Made by a program: the position numbers and the translations under genes. The notes under the pieces were generated by a model. That model made no database searches. It saw nothing but the letters and a program-made list of their open reading frames with translations, and had not been told where the DNA came from. A stretch of 51,998 nt of DNA from an uncultured Thermoanaerobaculia bacterium (GTDB taxonomy: Bacteria; Acidobacteriota; Thermoanaerobaculia; Multivoradales; JAGPDF01), in contig CAZQTL010000003.1 of the NCBI GenBank assembly GCA_964595975.1, forward strand, positions 1 through 51,998. The letters are read 5' to 3'. Shown here piece by piece: positions 50,246 through 51,998 of the stretch (positions are counted from its first letter, which is position 1; each line of letters opens with the position of its first letter).

Positions 50246-51871
50246 ATGCGTCGAACGTGGCGTCTCGCTGCGACCGTGCTCTTCCTCACCGTGCTCCTCG
50301 TCGGCGGCCTGGCAGGAAACCGCCTGCTCGCCCTCGGCGAAGACGCGCGCAGCGACCTGAAGCTCTACACCGAGCTGCTCGAGGCGGCGCGCACGCGCTA
50401 CGCCGGCGAAGTCCACTTCCGCGATCTCGTCTACTCCTCCATCCACGGCATGTTGCGGACGCTCGACCCGCACACCAACTTCCTGCCGCCGACGGCCTAT
50501 TCGTCGATGCGGGAGAAACAGCAGGCGACCTTTTTCGGCCTGGGAATCCTGGTCGGGGTGCGCAACGGACGCCTGACCGTCATCGCGCCGATCGACGGCA
50601 CGCCGGCGTCGCGTCTGGGAATCCGCGCCGGCGACGTCATCCAGCGGATCGAAGACGAGCCGACCGACAAGCTGTCGATCGACGAGGCGGTCTCGCGCCT
50701 CAAGGGCCCCAAAGGCACGCAGGTGCGCATCTCGATCCTGCGGGTCGGGCTCGACGAACCGCTGGAGCTCACCGTCACTCGCGCCGAGATCCCGCAGACG
50801 ACGGTCCGGTATGCCTACATGATCGCCCCGGAGACCGGCTACATCTCGATCAGCGACTTCACACGCTCGACTTCGAGTGAAGTGGAGAGGGCGCTCGCCA
50901 AGCTCAAGGGCGAAGGGATGAAGCGGCTGCTCCTCGACCTGCGCAACAACGGCGGCGGACTCCTCGATCAGGCGGTCGACGTGGCGGACCAGTTCCTGCC
51001 CGACGGCTCGACGGTCGTGGTGACCCGCGGCCGGACGCAGGATTCCGCCCAGTCCTTCTCCGCCGACGGCAGCCATGAGCCGATCGCCGAGCCGGTCGTC
51101 GTCCTGGTCAACAGCGGCACGGCTTCGGCTTCCGAGATCCTCTCCGGCGGCATCCAGGACCACGACATCGGCCTGGTCGTCGGCACGCCGACCTGGGGCA
51201 AGGGCCTGGTCCAGACGGTCTACGGCCTGTCCTACGGCGCCGGACTGGCACTCACCACGGCGAAGTACTACACGCCCTCGGGACGCCTGATCCAGCGCGA
51301 CTACAGCTCCTACTTCGACTACTACACCCGCAACGGTCTCGAGCCCGGCGACGACAACCCGCACCCCAAGGTCGAGCCGCCGGCGACCGAGGCCTACGCG
51401 ACCGACCTCGGGCGCAAGGTCTACGGCGGCGGCGGCATCACCCCCGACGTCGAAGTCCAGCCCACCGAGGTGGCGCCGTTCCTCCAGTACCTGCTCGGCC
51501 GGTCGGCATTCTTCGGCTTCGGCGTCGACTTCGCGCGCCGCCACCCGGAGATCACCCGCGACTGGCGGCCGGACGCCGCCGTGCTCGACGAGTTCCGCAA
51601 GTGGGTCGTCGACCAGAAGATCGACACCGCCGAGGATCTCGAGAAGGGCTTCGTGAACGCGGCGGAACAGGCCTACGCCCTGCGCCAGATCCGCGCCGAG
51701 ATCTTCGCCACCCGCTTCGGCATCGAGGCGTCGCACCAGGTGCTCTCCGAGGGCGACGCGCAGATCCAGGCGGCGCTCGGGCTCTTCCCGCGCGCCGAGG
51801 CGCTGCTCGCCGAACGCCTGCGGCTCGAGAAGAAGCCCGACGTCAACGCGGCCGCCGTCGCGCGACCGTAG
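50246..51871 (+). CDS. S41-family C-terminal processing peptidase (Ctp/Prc-like) with PDZ domain
   Basis: 541 aa. It has an N-terminal TM anchor, a PDZ domain (FGLGILV..GTPASRLGIRAGDVI), LLDLRNNGGG, the catalytic GTASASEI and the WGKGLVQ lysine region. Confidence 0.9.
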   Translation: MRRTWRLAATVLFLTVLLVGGLAGNRLLALGEDARSDLKLYTELLEAARTRYAGEVHFRDLVYSSIHGMLRTLDPHTNFLPPTAYSSMREKQQATFFGLGILVGVRNGRLTVIAPIDGTPASRLGIRAGDVIQRIEDEPTDKLSIDEAVSRLKGPKGTQVRISILRVGLDEPLELTVTRAEIPQTTVRYAYMIAPETGYISISDFTRSTSSEVERALAKLKGEGMKRLLLDLRNNGGGLLDQAVDVADQFLPDGSTVVVTRGRTQDSAQSFSADGSHEPIAEPVVVLVNSGTASASEILSGGIQDHDIGLVVGTPTWGKGLVQTVYGLSYGAGLALTTAKYYTPSGRLIQRDYSSYFDYYTRNGLEPGDDNPHPKVEPPATEAYATDLGRKVYGGGGITPDVEVQPTEVAPFLQYLLGRSAFFGFGVDFARRHPEITRDWRPDAAVLDEFRKWVVDQKIDTAEDLEKGFVNAAEQAYALRQIRAEIFATRFGIEASHQVLSEGDAQIQAALGLFPRAEALLAERLRLEKKPDVNAAAVARP

Positions 51872-51998
51872 GCCGCACCCCTCTGCCCCAGCTCCTCCCG
51901 GGTCCCTAGTCCCGTTGGGCTAGTAGGTCCTTTCCGAGAGTCCGCTCGGGGTCCTGTCTGGCCCGTATCCCATGGGGTCCTCGCCCTGAAGAAACGGG

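Noticed and set aside
48170-51736. 1188-aa minus ORF across the rSAM, tat and S41 loci
   Set aside because: It is antisense or out of frame to four well-supported genes. It is compositionally Arg/Gly/Asp-rich with no motifs, so I treat it as a GC artefact. The same reasoning applies to 17540-19528, 19368-20618, 42133-43920, 45068-47221, 36346-38205 and similar track ORFs.

Overview
This is a very GC-rich (roughly 70% by eye, not computed), gene-dense bacterial chromosomal segment with about 45 protein-coding genes and one tRNA-Phe. I found no transposase, integrase, phage, CRISPR or recognisable defence genes. The content is diderm core genome. It includes a 2-oxo-acid dehydrogenase operon (lipoyl-E3, E1 alpha, E1 beta, partial E2), fbaB, a GT2-MoxR-DUF58-TgpA operon, murB, recA, purH, a LolA-like gene, yajQ and a polyprenyl synthase. 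It also includes a kdsB-pyrG-kdsA-kdsD-kdsC-lpxL Kdo/lipid A operon, tatA/B-tatC and an S41 protease. Many gene boundaries are pinned by 4-nt start/stop overlaps (ATGA/GTGA/TTGA). The very long track ORFs that run antisense to, or upstream of, these genes are GC-content artefacts. The items most worth follow-up are: (1) a radical SAM protein with a Cys-rich N-terminus and an Ig-like C-terminus, translationally coupled to lpxL at the end of the Kdo/lipid A operon; (2) an envelope-glycosylation style cluster (GT2, GT-C/GT39-like, OafA-like acyltransferase) around a secreted metzincin that carries a tandemly duplicated Cys-framed C-terminal domain and a G8/(GGC)n tract; (3) a DUF4388 protein divergent from a 986-aa composite outer-membrane protein, followed by an HDAC-fold enzyme with a ~300-aa unknown extension; (4) two genes (HDAC-like, lpxL-like) whose conserved N-terminal coding sequence has no ATG/GTG/TTG start; (5) recurrent -10-like hexamers 5-10 nt upstream of start codons, suggesting leaderless mRNAs; (6) near-identical lipoyl-domain DNA in E2 and E3. 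I cannot name a clear-cut novel system with confidence. All functional calls come from motif and family recognition by eye, not from database searches.
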